Source: an uncultured Candidatus Saccharibacteria bacterium
Lineage (GTDB): Bacteria; Patescibacteriota; Minisyncoccia; 2-02-FULL-40-12; GWA2-44-9
DNA: 64,000 bases
NCBI GenBank assembly: GCA_964436165.1
Contig: CAYTBY010000001.1
Span: forward strand, 6,777-70,776
Reading direction: 5' to 3'
This document shows, one piece after another, positions 28,953 through 39,200 of the stretch. The translations under genes and the position numbers were made by a program. Positions within the stretch are counted from its first letter, which is position 1. Each line of letters opens with the position of its first letter. The notes under the pieces were generated by a model. That model was not told the DNA's origin, ran no database searches, and worked only from the letters and a program-made list of their open reading frames with translations.

Positions 28953-29538
28953 AATGTTTGTGCTCAATATATGAAGCGCCTTTTCTGTCTCTATCTGATA
29001 AAATCGGATCAGTGGTTGGCCAGCTGATATTAAATCTCGGGTCGTTCCATTTAACTACATTTTGGATTTCAGGGCCTGAATAATATTGGGATTGATTATA
29101 ATGGAAAAGGATCTGATCGCTTAGAGCCAGGTGGCCGTTACAGTGCCTGGGCGGGACTAATATTTGTAGGCCATTCTCGGCCGATAAAATAAATGACTCC
29201 CATTTGCCGAAGTGTTCCGAAGCCGGATTATAATTCAGGACTACTAAGTAAAATTCTCCCAAAAGGCAAGTTATCAATTTCCAGGTTCTAGAATCGCCGT
29301 GCAGTCCGCGTAGGGCATTTTTTATTGAAAAAGAAGCAGTTTGTTCGCCATCCTCGAAGTCTATAGTGATTCCATTGGCGAAGTAGACTCTTTTGCTATA
29401 AAGTTCCGCATAGTAGCCACGATGATCTTTGGTTACTTTTCTTTTTATTTTTAATACTCCTGGTAGAGTAGTCTCTTGAACTGTAATGTTTTTAGCTAAT
29501 TCCTCATCATTCGGTCCAAGCTGGTATTTATTAACCAC
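28951..29538 (-). CDS. RmlC-like NDP-4-keto-6-deoxysugar 3,5-epimerase
   Basis: DHRGY, LRGLH, FGKWESF.LS.EN..Q..VP..H.NGH, WNDP. Confidence 0.85.
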   Translation of the reverse strand: MVNKYQLGPNDEELAKNITVQETTLPGVLKIKRKVTKDHRGYYAELYSKRVYFANGITIDFEDGEQTASFSIKNALRGLHGDSRTWKLITCLLGEFYLVVLNYNPASEHFGKWESFILSAENGLQILVPPRHCNGHLALSDQILFHYNQSQYYSGPEIQNVVKWNDPRFNISWPTTDPILSDRDRKGASYIEHKH

Positions 29539-29627
29539 CAGAGCCCCCCATATTTATTAAAAGACTAAAAACACAATACAATATTTTAGTTGAGTTTGTC
29601 AAAAATCTTAGAAGGATCGGTCATCGG

Positions 29628-30611
29628 TCACATGTTGTAATAAATCACCTGGCTGCCCTGATTCTCAAATTTAAATGGAACATGAAGAAGTCTTTTTAAT
29701 TTTTCTTTGATCCGAGGTTGAATTTCGGGCGGGGCAAAAAATAATATAAATCCTCCTCCTCCAGCCCCCAACAACTTACCGCCAAGAGCGCCAGCTTTGA
29801 TGGCCGTGTCGTAAATTGCATCAATTCTGGGATTGCTTATTTTACTGGACAATTTTTTCTTATATTCCCAGCTTGTTTTTAGAAGTTTGCCAAAATCTTC
29901 AATGGGCTTTTCATCTTTAATAATTGAAAAACCTTCGCTAGCTATGGCGGTCATGATTTTTAGTTCTTCGTTGGTCTTTTTTATGTTTTTTATCTGTATT
30001 TTAGCGATCTCTGAAGCGTTGCGAGACAAGCCGGTAAAAAATAGCATACAATGGTCCTGAAGCAGGTTCAGGTGTTCTGGACGCATTATTATCGGTTGAA
30101 TGGAAATATGATGTGAGCCGCCGAAATCTATTTTATTAAAACCGCCGAAAGCTGCTGCTGTCTGGTCTTGCGAGCCGACATTTTCTTTGATCATATTCTG
30201 CTCAATGTGAATAGCTTCAAGCGCCAATTCTTTCTTGCTTTTCATTATGCCCTTTAGGCCATACAGGGCATTTATAAGTCCAACCGTAAATGACGAGCTA
30301 GAGCCTAGGCCTGATCTGGCCGGCAGATCGCCGTCATGATGGATTTCTAGTCCGTGGTCTATATTAATGAATCGGAGACATTCTCTGACCGAAGGGTGGT
30401 CAATTTTATTTATATCTTTGACATTCTCTGATTGAGAATAAACAATACGGTGTTTGTATTTAAAAAACGGCGGCAAAGGACGGCAAGTTATGTAGCAGTA
30501 TTTATCTATGGTCGTAGATAAAACAGTCCCGCCGTTCTCTTTGTACCAGCCGGGGTAATCGGTTCCTCCGCCGAAAAACGATATTCTAAAAGGTGTTCTG
30601 GTGATAATCAT
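29628..30611 (-). CDS. hddA: GHMP kinase, D-glycero-alpha-D-manno-heptose 7-phosphate kinase-like
   Basis: RTPFRISFFGGGTD, DLPARSGLGSSS, VGSQDQ, GGKLLGAGGGGF; gmhA nearby. Confidence 0.8.
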   Translation of the reverse strand: MIITRTPFRISFFGGGTDYPGWYKENGGTVLSTTIDKYCYITCRPLPPFFKYKHRIVYSQSENVKDINKIDHPSVRECLRFINIDHGLEIHHDGDLPARSGLGSSSSFTVGLINALYGLKGIMKSKKELALEAIHIEQNMIKENVGSQDQTAAAFGGFNKIDFGGSHHISIQPIIMRPEHLNLLQDHCMLFFTGLSRNASEIAKIQIKNIKKTNEELKIMTAIASEGFSIIKDEKPIEDFGKLLKTSWEYKKKLSSKISNPRIDAIYDTAIKAGALGGKLLGAGGGGFILFFAPPEIQPRIKEKLKRLLHVPFKFENQGSQVIYYNM

Positions 30612-30665
30612 TGATAGGTTTTAGGTATTTAGCTTTTAGGTGTTAGAATCCTAAGAAGTTAAAAC

Positions 30666-32639
30666 CTAATTCTCTAAATTCCTTGTATTTAATAGCCAAG
30701 CATATCCTCGCCAGCGGTCTTTTTTTGTGATTTCATGTAAAATCAAATCTCGGAAACCGGTTACTTCGCTTTCCACTGGCCAAATATTGCTAGTTCCCAT
30801 AGTTTTAAATTTAGCCGTGGCTATTTTCTCCATATCCCTTGTTTCCAGTAATTTATTTAGGACAGGGTCCTTGGTATAATCTCCGCCTTCGATTGCTTCC
30901 ATCTCCGTGTTCATATAAAGCGATTTACTGCTTGTACAAGGAATCACTATCCATCCGTTTTTAACATCAGCTATGCTGTTAATATAGTGCACAATATAGG
31001 GCGGCGCCATATCTTTGGGGGGCAGATAATCTGATTTTCCTATGCCATGAATTGCTTCTATGAAAGATTTATTATAGTTGGTGTTGTAAGTGTAAAATTC
31101 TTTTATTCCAAGGCGATCCAATGTGTTTATTAAGTTAGTCACGCTCATTCTTGCTGGATAAACATCTGAAAAAAATTTCCATAAATTCCAAACAAGAGCG
31201 ACCAAAATCAGGACTATAAAAATTGGGACACTCTTATCATAGAAAAATAATTGAATTAAATACGCACCACTACCGATAGCCAAAAAAATACCCACCAGTC
31301 CCGGAGAATATGTTCTGGAAAGCTGGGGAGCCTTGGTTATTTCTGCCCAAATAACAGGTGATAAGGAAAACAACAAAATTAAAACCATGCCCACTTCATT
31401 GAAAATTAAATTACCTTGCAAGAAAAAGGGAGAGACAATTAGGCCAATGGCAGAGGCTGTGAATATTATAGTATGAACGGGGACCATCCTAAAAAATACT
31501 TTTGGCAACCAAATTAACCCCGCTCCTTGGGTATAGCGAGTAACGGTCAAACCTTTCTTTGCGAAATAATCAACATATAGCCTGAAGTGTGATTTTTTTC
31601 TGATTTGAGTCTCCAGCAAAAATGCAAAGAAATATTTAAAACTTTTTTTAATATCCGGCAAGGTTAAAGTTAAAAAGCCGATAATGAATCCAATTAAAAT
31701 TAGTAAAAGATATCCCCAGCTGATCAGATTAACTAACAGTAATAAGGCGACAGTAGCATAAAGACCCCAGACAGTTAGTTGTTTGACTCTTTTGCGGGCA
31801 TGCTCTAAGTAGAAGTCTAAAGAAAATTTATCTCTCCCGCGGATTAGTTTATTTAGGAATCTTGGCGCTGTCTGATAGTATATTGAGGCAACTATTTTTT
31901 TATGGACAAGCCATAGAAAAACTATCGTTAAGCCGTATAAAATTAGCATTGTCATGTTAAATAATACCAATTGATTATTCCAGATTTGAGTATAAATATT
32001 ATCAAAAGCATTATTGGCGATTATTGTTCGGTGGCTTGAATAAAAAACAGCAGTAAAGAAGAGAGGTGTATATTTAATTGTTGAGGCAGAGGCAAATTGG
32101 GCAAAACAAAATATTATTCCTGCCCCGATTAGCCAGATGGCCGATTCCGGCCAACCGCCATTTGCTTGTTGTATAAACAGAACAGATAAGAGAAAAAGCA
32201 TGGTGGCTACATTGGCATGGCCTCCATAAAGAGCAACTTGCCAGCTCCATAGGGAAGTCAAGAATAGTATTCCTAGAAATAAAGCGATGGCAGGGTTCCA
32301 ATATCCAAGTGCGATAAGAAATATTAAAAATGAAGAAAAAGCGGTGGATATGCCGCCCAGGGCAGTATATGGATAATCTCCGGTTTTATTGCGAAATATT
32401 TTCTGAAAGACAGCCATCAGTATAATAGTCATATCTTTCATGCCAGTTTTTCCAAGGCCCATTTTATGTAAATCTGAAAACCATCGCCATCTTGAAGACG
32501 TCGCCGCGGCATAAGCCATTAGTTCGTTGTCGGTATTGGGACCATTGAATTGCACCCCGCGGACCAGGAACATAAAAATCAACGCTGCCATAGATGAAGA
32601 CAGGGCCATAAATATTATGCTGGTGATTGGATCTGACAT
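30666..32639 (-). CDS. Polytopic membrane protein, possible GT-C glycosyltransferase
   Basis: 657 aa, more than 10 hydrophobic segments, acidic DNE loop after TM1, soluble C-terminal domain; coupled to the ABC gene. Confidence 0.45.
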   Translation of the reverse strand: MSDPITSIIFMALSSSMAALIFMFLVRGVQFNGPNTDNELMAYAAATSSRWRWFSDLHKMGLGKTGMKDMTIILMAVFQKIFRNKTGDYPYTALGGISTAFSSFLIFLIALGYWNPAIALFLGILFLTSLWSWQVALYGGHANVATMLFLLSVLFIQQANGGWPESAIWLIGAGIIFCFAQFASASTIKYTPLFFTAVFYSSHRTIIANNAFDNIYTQIWNNQLVLFNMTMLILYGLTIVFLWLVHKKIVASIYYQTAPRFLNKLIRGRDKFSLDFYLEHARKRVKQLTVWGLYATVALLLLVNLISWGYLLLILIGFIIGFLTLTLPDIKKSFKYFFAFLLETQIRKKSHFRLYVDYFAKKGLTVTRYTQGAGLIWLPKVFFRMVPVHTIIFTASAIGLIVSPFFLQGNLIFNEVGMVLILLFSLSPVIWAEITKAPQLSRTYSPGLVGIFLAIGSGAYLIQLFFYDKSVPIFIVLILVALVWNLWKFFSDVYPARMSVTNLINTLDRLGIKEFYTYNTNYNKSFIEAIHGIGKSDYLPPKDMAPPYIVHYINSIADVKNGWIVIPCTSSKSLYMNTEMEAIEGGDYTKDPVLNKLLETRDMEKIATAKFKTMGTSNIWPVESEVTGFRDLILHEITKKDRWRGYAWLLNTRNLEN

Positions 32640-34441
32640 TAGCGTATGTTATAAACTTTATAGAAATACGAGTCTTTATTTTTAAGCAGTTCTGCGGGTG
32701 ATCCTTGTTCTGTAACTGTACCACCGTTCATGACTATCAGGCGGTCTGAGCTTGTTACAGTTGAAAGGCGATGGGCAATAGCAATGACCGTAAGAGAGCG
32801 CTTTAATTCATCTATGGATTTTTGAATATGAACTTCTGATTCGTTATCTAAGGCGCTGGTAGCTTCATCTAGGATTAATATCTCCGGTTTTCTTAATAAG
32901 ACTCTTGCGAGGATGATTCTTTGGCGTTGACCGGCTGAAAGCTTAACACCATTTTCACCCACAAGCGTTTGGAATTTATCGGGAAGTTCGTTTATAAAAT
33001 CATAAGCTTGACTGATTTTGGCGGCTTCTGCTATCTCTTTTTTGGTAGCCATATCATTGTAAAATCTGATGTTGTTTTCTACCGTATCATTCAGTAAAAA
33101 TATCTCTTGCGAGACGTAGCCAACTTTACTGCGCCACTGAAATAAATCTATTCTTGAGATAGGCTTACCGTCGATAAGAATTTCTCCAGCTCCTAATTCA
33201 AATAGCCTTAGAAGGATATCAACCAACGTAGTTTTACCGACTCCGGATGGCCCGATTATGCCTATCATTTCACCGCGCTTTAATGAAAAGCTAAGATTAT
33301 TGAGGACTTTTACGTCATTGTTGTAGCCGAAAGTGATATTGTTAATTTCAAGTTTGTCTTTAAACTCAAATGATAAAATACCGGTATTGATTTCTTGGTG
33401 GCGGTCAGCCTCTTTTTCATAGTCTGAGATCACTTGCAGATATGGCAAAGCCTCATTGACGCCATTTAGTTGGGTGTGCATCGCCTGACTAAATGCAAGT
33501 ATTTTTTGAATTAAATATATTGTTGCAGCAAATGAAGCGATATTAAATTCTGTATTATAGAGATATTCAAATGCAAAAAGGCCTGAAATATAAAATAGTC
33601 CGACAGGTTCAATAAATGAACCAGGCGCTCGGTTGTAGGCCGCTATTTTGAGTCGTATCTGACGCAATTTTGCAAGGTATGAGTTGGTATGATCAATAAT
33701 CTGATCTTCTGTGGCGGTTACTTTAACTGTTTTTGAACCCAGGGCATGCTGACTGATATGATGATTTAAGCTTCTGTTAACACCAGATAATTTATGAGCC
33801 TCTTCTCTAATCCCGTACATCAGAGGCTTTACAAAAAGAAAGATTATTAAACTTACTACTAAGGTTAATATTGTCAGAGAGAGCGAGATATTAATTGCTA
33901 CGATCGTATATGCAATAAGACTCGTTAGAGTCATGATCATCGCATTGATAGTACCAAGAATTCCCGAACACGCATTAACGTCATACATTAATATTGATTC
34001 AAGGTGGCCGGTTTTTTGCTCCATCAGATAGGGCCAGTCTGCTTTTAAGGTCTTTTCGAACAATTCACTGCGCTTTTTCATCTCGTAGTCAGCGGAGACT
34101 TTTTCGTTGTAATAAAATGCACAATAAGTGATGATGCCTTTAAGAATAAACAAAACTAGCACTAAGCCTAGAACATAGAAAAGATTATAGGGTATATGAA
34201 AGAAAGCTAAACCATCTTGTATAAACTTAGATATACTATCCAACTCCTTAATGTTTACTCCTCCTCGACTTCCGACTAGGGCAAACAGGGGAATGACTGC
34301 TCCGATTCCAATACCACCGAATAAACCAGTTATGAACCCCAGGATTGTGGTAACGATAAATCTTCTGCGATAATACCAGAATGATGTCCGGATGATCTTT
34401 AGAGTATTTGTAATTTTTTGGGCGTCGATTAATGCGGGCAT
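32639..34441 (-). CDS. ABC transporter TMD+NBD (MsbA/PglK-like)
   Basis: N-terminal TM domain, GPSGVGKT, LSAGQRQR, ILDEATSALD, IAHRL. Confidence 0.9.
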   Translation of the reverse strand: MPALIDAQKITNTLKIIRTSFWYYRRRFIVTTILGFITGLFGGIGIGAVIPLFALVGSRGGVNIKELDSISKFIQDGLAFFHIPYNLFYVLGLVLVLFILKGIITYCAFYYNEKVSADYEMKKRSELFEKTLKADWPYLMEQKTGHLESILMYDVNACSGILGTINAMIMTLTSLIAYTIVAINISLSLTILTLVVSLIIFLFVKPLMYGIREEAHKLSGVNRSLNHHISQHALGSKTVKVTATEDQIIDHTNSYLAKLRQIRLKIAAYNRAPGSFIEPVGLFYISGLFAFEYLYNTEFNIASFAATIYLIQKILAFSQAMHTQLNGVNEALPYLQVISDYEKEADRHQEINTGILSFEFKDKLEINNITFGYNNDVKVLNNLSFSLKRGEMIGIIGPSGVGKTTLVDILLRLFELGAGEILIDGKPISRIDLFQWRSKVGYVSQEIFLLNDTVENNIRFYNDMATKKEIAEAAKISQAYDFINELPDKFQTLVGENGVKLSAGQRQRIILARVLLRKPEILILDEATSALDNESEVHIQKSIDELKRSLTVIAIAHRLSTVTSSDRLIVMNGGTVTEQGSPAELLKNKDSYFYKVYNIR

Positions 34442-34443
34442 TT

Positions 34444-34689
34444 TTACCAGTGTTTTATTCGTGATTTTATTTTTTTCTTCAGGTCTGAGTAGGCTCTAAC
34501 TGCCCTTCTTTCCATGCGGGGAGAGACTAATCTTAGCAGTTCTTTCCCCAGGACTCTATATTGACCGCCGACCTTATTAGCTCTAATCAAACCCTTTTTC
34601 AGGAGTCGTTTCAGGGTGCTGTTTGATATTTTTAGAAGTAACCTGGCTTCGTTAGTTGTGTAAACTTCGTTCGGATTTATATCTGGCAT
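34444..34689 (-). CDS. Small excisionase/MerR-like winged HTH DNA-binding protein
   Basis: YTTNEARLLLKISNSTLKRLLKKGLIRANKVGGQYRV. Confidence 0.8.
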   Translation of the reverse strand: MPDINPNEVYTTNEARLLLKISNSTLKRLLKKGLIRANKVGGQYRVLGKELLRLVSPRMERRAVRAYSDLKKKIKSRIKHW

Positions 34690-34695
34690 TCTCTA

Positions 34696-34726
34696 AACGT
34701 ATCAAAAAGTGTCAAAAGGTGTCAAA
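34696..34726 (-). promoter_or_regulatory. HTH gene promoter with 10-bp direct repeats; probably leaderless
   Basis: tttgacacct tttgacactt tttgatacgtt: TTGACA-18-TACGTT, with the ATG 6 nt after the -10. Confidence 0.65.
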
Positions 34727-34741
34727 TAAAGTAATAAACAT

Positions 34742-35323
34742 TTAGACATGATTTTTGAAAGCATTATCTATCAGTGAACATAACTCATGAATCATCATTA
34801 TGTGGGCTTCCTGAATATGCTGGGTATTATGAGAGGGTACAACCAGCTTAAGGTCGCATAAATTACTCATTTGTCCGCCGTCTTTACCCAATAACCCGAC
34901 TGTCATCAACCCATTCTTTTTCGCGATGTTCAGGGCATTAATTAAATTAAGGGAATTACCGCTTGTGGAAATGCCGACGAATATATCGCCGTATTTGCCA
35001 AGACCCTCGATTTGTCTCGAAAAAACATAGTCATAGCCGAAATCATTGCCGATAGCGGTAATTATGGATGAATTCGTTGTTAGGGCGATGGCTGGCAGGC
35101 CTTTGCGTTTATGGATAAATTGTCCAGCCAGCTCTGCGGCAAAATGCTGGGTATCGGCCGCTGAACCGCCGTTGCCGGCGATTAAAATCTTTCGGCCCAT
35201 CTTTAGGGCAGTTATCATCCGGCTGGCAATTTTCTCAATTTCAAGTAAAAATTCCTTGTCTGATGCGATTTTAAGCTTAGTTTCTATTGATTCGAGAATT
35301 GATTTTTTAATATCCCTTATCAT
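34742..35323 (-). CDS. gmhA: Sedoheptulose-7-phosphate isomerase
   Basis: [35 protein letters not shown]. Confidence 0.92.
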   Translation of the reverse strand: MIRDIKKSILESIETKLKIASDKEFLLEIEKIASRMITALKMGRKILIAGNGGSAADTQHFAAELAGQFIHKRKGLPAIALTTNSSIITAIGNDFGYDYVFSRQIEGLGKYGDIFVGISTSGNSLNLINALNIAKKNGLMTVGLLGKDGGQMSNLCDLKLVVPSHNTQHIQEAHIMMIHELCSLIDNAFKNHV

Positions 35324-36290
35324 TTAAATACCGGTCAATTGTTTTTTTGAGGCCATTTTCAAAATCAGTAGTGGCTTTAAAGCCGAATTCTTTTTTGGCT
35401 AAAGTTGCGTCAACCATGCGCCTTGGTTGGCCATCGGGTTTTGATTTATCCCAGTGGATTTCACCCCTAAAATTCATAAGTCTGCAAATTATCTTTACGA
35501 GATCGCGTATTTTTATTTCTCTGTTTGCTCCTAAGTTAACCGGATCTGGTTTGTCGTATTTTTCTGTGGCTAAAATTATGCCTTCAGCGCAATCGTCCAC
35601 ATAGAGAAATTCTCTGGAAGCTGTGCCTGTTCCCCAGACGTCTATGTATTTCTTTTCCGCTTTTTGGGCATCAGCCACTTTTTTTATAAGTGCCGGAATG
35701 ACATGGGAAGTTTCAGGATTGAAATTATCACCTGGGCCGTAGAGATTTACCGGCAGAAGGTAAATCGCATTGAAATTGTACTGCTGGCGATAGGCTTGAG
35801 CTTGGACGAGGAGCATTTTTTTAGCAAGTCCGTAAGGGGCATTTGTTTCCTCCGGATAGCCGTGCCAGAGAGTTGTTTCGGCAAAGGGGACTGACGTGTG
35901 CTTGGGGTAGGCACAAATGGTTCCAATAGCGACGAATTTTTTTACTCCAGCTTGGCGGGCCGTCTCCATTAATTGAGAACCCATCATTAGATTGTCGTAA
36001 AACATTTGACCGGGAATCTTTTGGTTATATCCTATTCCGCCAACAACAGCGGCAAGATGAATTATAATGTCCTGGTTTTTTACAACTTTTTGACAGTTTT
36101 CCCACTTAGTCAGGTCATAATCCTTAGAGCGGGGGACTGATATATTTTTTTTGGGCACTCCCCGTTCCAACAATTTTTTCACCACAAAAGAGCCAAGAAA
36201 CCCGGCTCCACCGGTAACGAGAATTTTTCTAGTGCTGAGATTTACCAAAGCACTAGCCCTGAGCTTTGTCGAAGGGTTTGCGGAGTTCAT
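35307..36290 (-). CDS. fcl: GDP-L-fucose synthase
   Basis: [59 protein letters not shown]; follows gmd. Confidence 0.9.
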   Translation of the reverse strand: MNSANPSTKLRASALVNLSTRKILVTGGAGFLGSFVVKKLLERGVPKKNISVPRSKDYDLTKWENCQKVVKNQDIIIHLAAVVGGIGYNQKIPGQMFYDNLMMGSQLMETARQAGVKKFVAIGTICAYPKHTSVPFAETTLWHGYPEETNAPYGLAKKMLLVQAQAYRQQYNFNAIYLLPVNLYGPGDNFNPETSHVIPALIKKVADAQKAEKKYIDVWGTGTASREFLYVDDCAEGIILATEKYDKPDPVNLGANREIKIRDLVKIICRLMNFRGEIHWDKSKPDGQPRRMVDATLAKKEFGFKATTDFENGLKKTIDRYLNDKGY

Positions 36291-36298
36291 TTAAATTT

Positions 36299-39200
36299 TT
36301 ATTTTTTCTCGTTTATGTCTGCCCAGACCATTATTTTAACGAGATCTTTAAATTTTGTCTTTGGTTGCCAACCGAGCATTTTTTTAGCTTTTGAGGAGTC
36401 GGCAATGAGATGATGGACTTCAGCCGGGCGGTAATAGCGGGGGTCTATCTCGACATATTTTTTGTAGTCGCCAAGGCCGGCTTCTTGAAAGGCAAGTTGT
36501 ACGAACTCGCGAACGGTATGGGTTTCTCCGGTGCCGATGACATAGTCATCCGGCTTTGGCTGCTGCATCATCAGCCACATAGCTTCGCAAAACTCCGGGG
36601 CATAACCCCAGTCGCGTCTAGCGTCAAGATTACCGAGGTATAATTTTTTATCCAGACCGGCTTTTATTCTGGCAATTCCTCTTGTAATTTTTCTGGTAAC
36701 AAATGTCTCACCGCGGCGGGGGCTGTTATGTATCCAAGTAAGACCTATGCCCGCAGAGAAAGTATTGCTCTCGGTTTCTAAGTCAAATAGCCAGCCGGTA
36801 TAGCCATGATTTTTTATTAGTTTAATCTCTGTCAGTTCTCTTTGCAGGTGTTTGCCTTTTCCGGTTTTTTGGTTCGAATTTATATTAAGGTGGTAATAAA
36901 GATAATTTTTTCTAAATTCCGGATGTAGGGTCATTCTTAGTTCTAGTGTATTTTTAACTAAATACCACAAACTTGCTGCTAACACGGAAGAGTTTGTGGT
37001 AAATGATTTAAATTCTGTCTTTTGATGACCGCCCCTAAGTCCATCACAGGAGTTATAGCCACTTAGAAACGCCAGGACCACCTCGTGGTTAGAATTTAAG
37101 ATGCGCTTAGGAACTCTTTTGAATAATTTTTGAGTGTAAATTTCTTTCCATATAAAACGCAAGTAATCCGCATTTCCTCTTAGCTCTGTCGATTTAATTT
37201 TATTAGCAGGGTTAAATCCGCTTGGATGATCATCTTCCCGACTACTTCCTCCGCTAACCTTTTGCCACAAATCAGCAAACCTCCTTCTTAAATTATCAGT
37301 ATTATTTATAAATCGTCCTTTCCCGTCACTGCTTATATAGCCATCAGCAACTAACATTCCCAATAATTCTGCCTCCTCTAATGTAGTAATTGTAATTCTT
37401 TGTAAGGGCGGAAGAGTTTTTAATTCTAAATTATCCCCTGGCTTTAAATTGCCTGTTTTTATTTCAGTAGCTCCTTTTAAAAATGATATATGATCTTCTG
37501 TGGCCTCATAATATCCTCCTCTACATATTACTCGCTTAATTTTTTTGTCTTTTGATGAGCCGTATTCATTCCAGGTGGCAGTCAAGGTTTTAATTTTTGA
37601 CCACTTATCTCCATCCCAAATTTCTACACCCCCGTTGCCCATAGTAATATACTTTTTTCCTTTTGTTGGATCCTCTCGATGGGGCACTATCTCTTCAATA
37701 GGAAGAATATCAATTAAGCCACCCCTTCTGATTATTACTGGTGTTTGCGCCGTGATACATTCGTGATTGAACAAAATTCCGTTAACGGCAAAAATTCCAT
37801 AGGCTTCGCGGTAGAGATTGGTCATGTTATAGGCGAAAAGCTTTGCCGCTCCGTATGGGCTCTGGGGATTGAAGGGTGTTTTCTCATTTTGGGGCGGGGG
37901 AGACGAACCGAACATTTCGGAACTTGAGGCTTGGTAAAATTTAACTTTTTTACTCGCCAAGCCGGAGCCTTTGGCGTAGCGCTGGCCCATATCTTCTTGG
38001 AAATCTCTTATTGCTTCAAGAACCCGCAGAGCTCCATTGCCGGTGATATCCATTGTATATTCTGGAATCTCAAAAGAAACCTTTACGTGGGAATTATGAA
38101 CTACTATATTGCCGACGCCTACAGCGAAATTATGTACTTCAGCCACGGTTATATCATAAACCCAGCCGTTATAATCTATCCATTCTAATTTTTTACTATT
38201 TCCTTGATTTGGCTGGTATGTAGTGCATTCTCTAAAATGCCAAACCGAATGATAGCCTGTGTTTTTATTATTTTCCTCGTTAACGGTATAGTCGTAGTTC
38301 AACAGCGTGAACAACAAACTTAATTGACATGCAAGTTTATATGAATTAGTTGTATACCTAAAGCCGGTACCAGGATTTATACATCCATCGCCTTCGCACA
38401 TTTTTTCCCAAATTTCTTCTAAAAATTTAGCCTCAATCTGAGAGAACCAATAGGGAAGCTGTTTTGTTTTAGAGTTTTCTCCCAGTAATTTTCGAAGTAG
38501 ATTATACAATGCCCTTGATTTTATTTGTAGCTCCCAAACATCTTTATAATTGTCTTTTTTATGCTTGACATACCAACAACTGCCAACATAAAATTTTTTA
38601 AGATCTGATTCAAGGCTTTTAAGCCACTCTTTATTATTTGAGCTTATACCGACATACCAATTTTTATTTGCTTTATTAAAACTTGTATGACCTTCTGCAA
38701 TAAATGCCCCTGTAAATCTACAGAAAGATTTTAACGTATCTCCTTTAACTTTTCTTAAAACCTTGCTGATTAAGCCGTGCTCATCTAGCCAGAAGTATTT
38801 ATTATCAAATTTATAAACCCCGTCTAGTTTTAAAGAAATAGATTTTCTATACCTATTCGGTTTATAATTGAGTTTTCTGATGTTTAATAACCATGGATTT
38901 TCAGATGGACGACAAATTTTTCCAGTTACATCAATTACAGAATGATTAGGCGTTACAGTTACTGATCCAAATTTTTGAGATAATTTTGCGACTTTGCCGC
39001 TCCACCTATGTCTAGATATTTGTTTTATTGGGAAAAACGTTCCCATTCCATTCCACATTCCCAAAGCCCTAAGCTGAGTATTGTTTGATAAATCAATAAC
39101 TTCAACATTAGTATCATCCATTTTCTCTACTCTAACTTTACCCCTCTTTTTTACCTGTTCGCTCCACAAGTCTTCTAATGTTCTATATTCAAGTTTTTGT

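Noticed and set aside
34444-34689. Prophage excisionase
   Set aside because: No integrase or phage genes are nearby; it sits in a sugar operon with its own repeat-bearing promoter.
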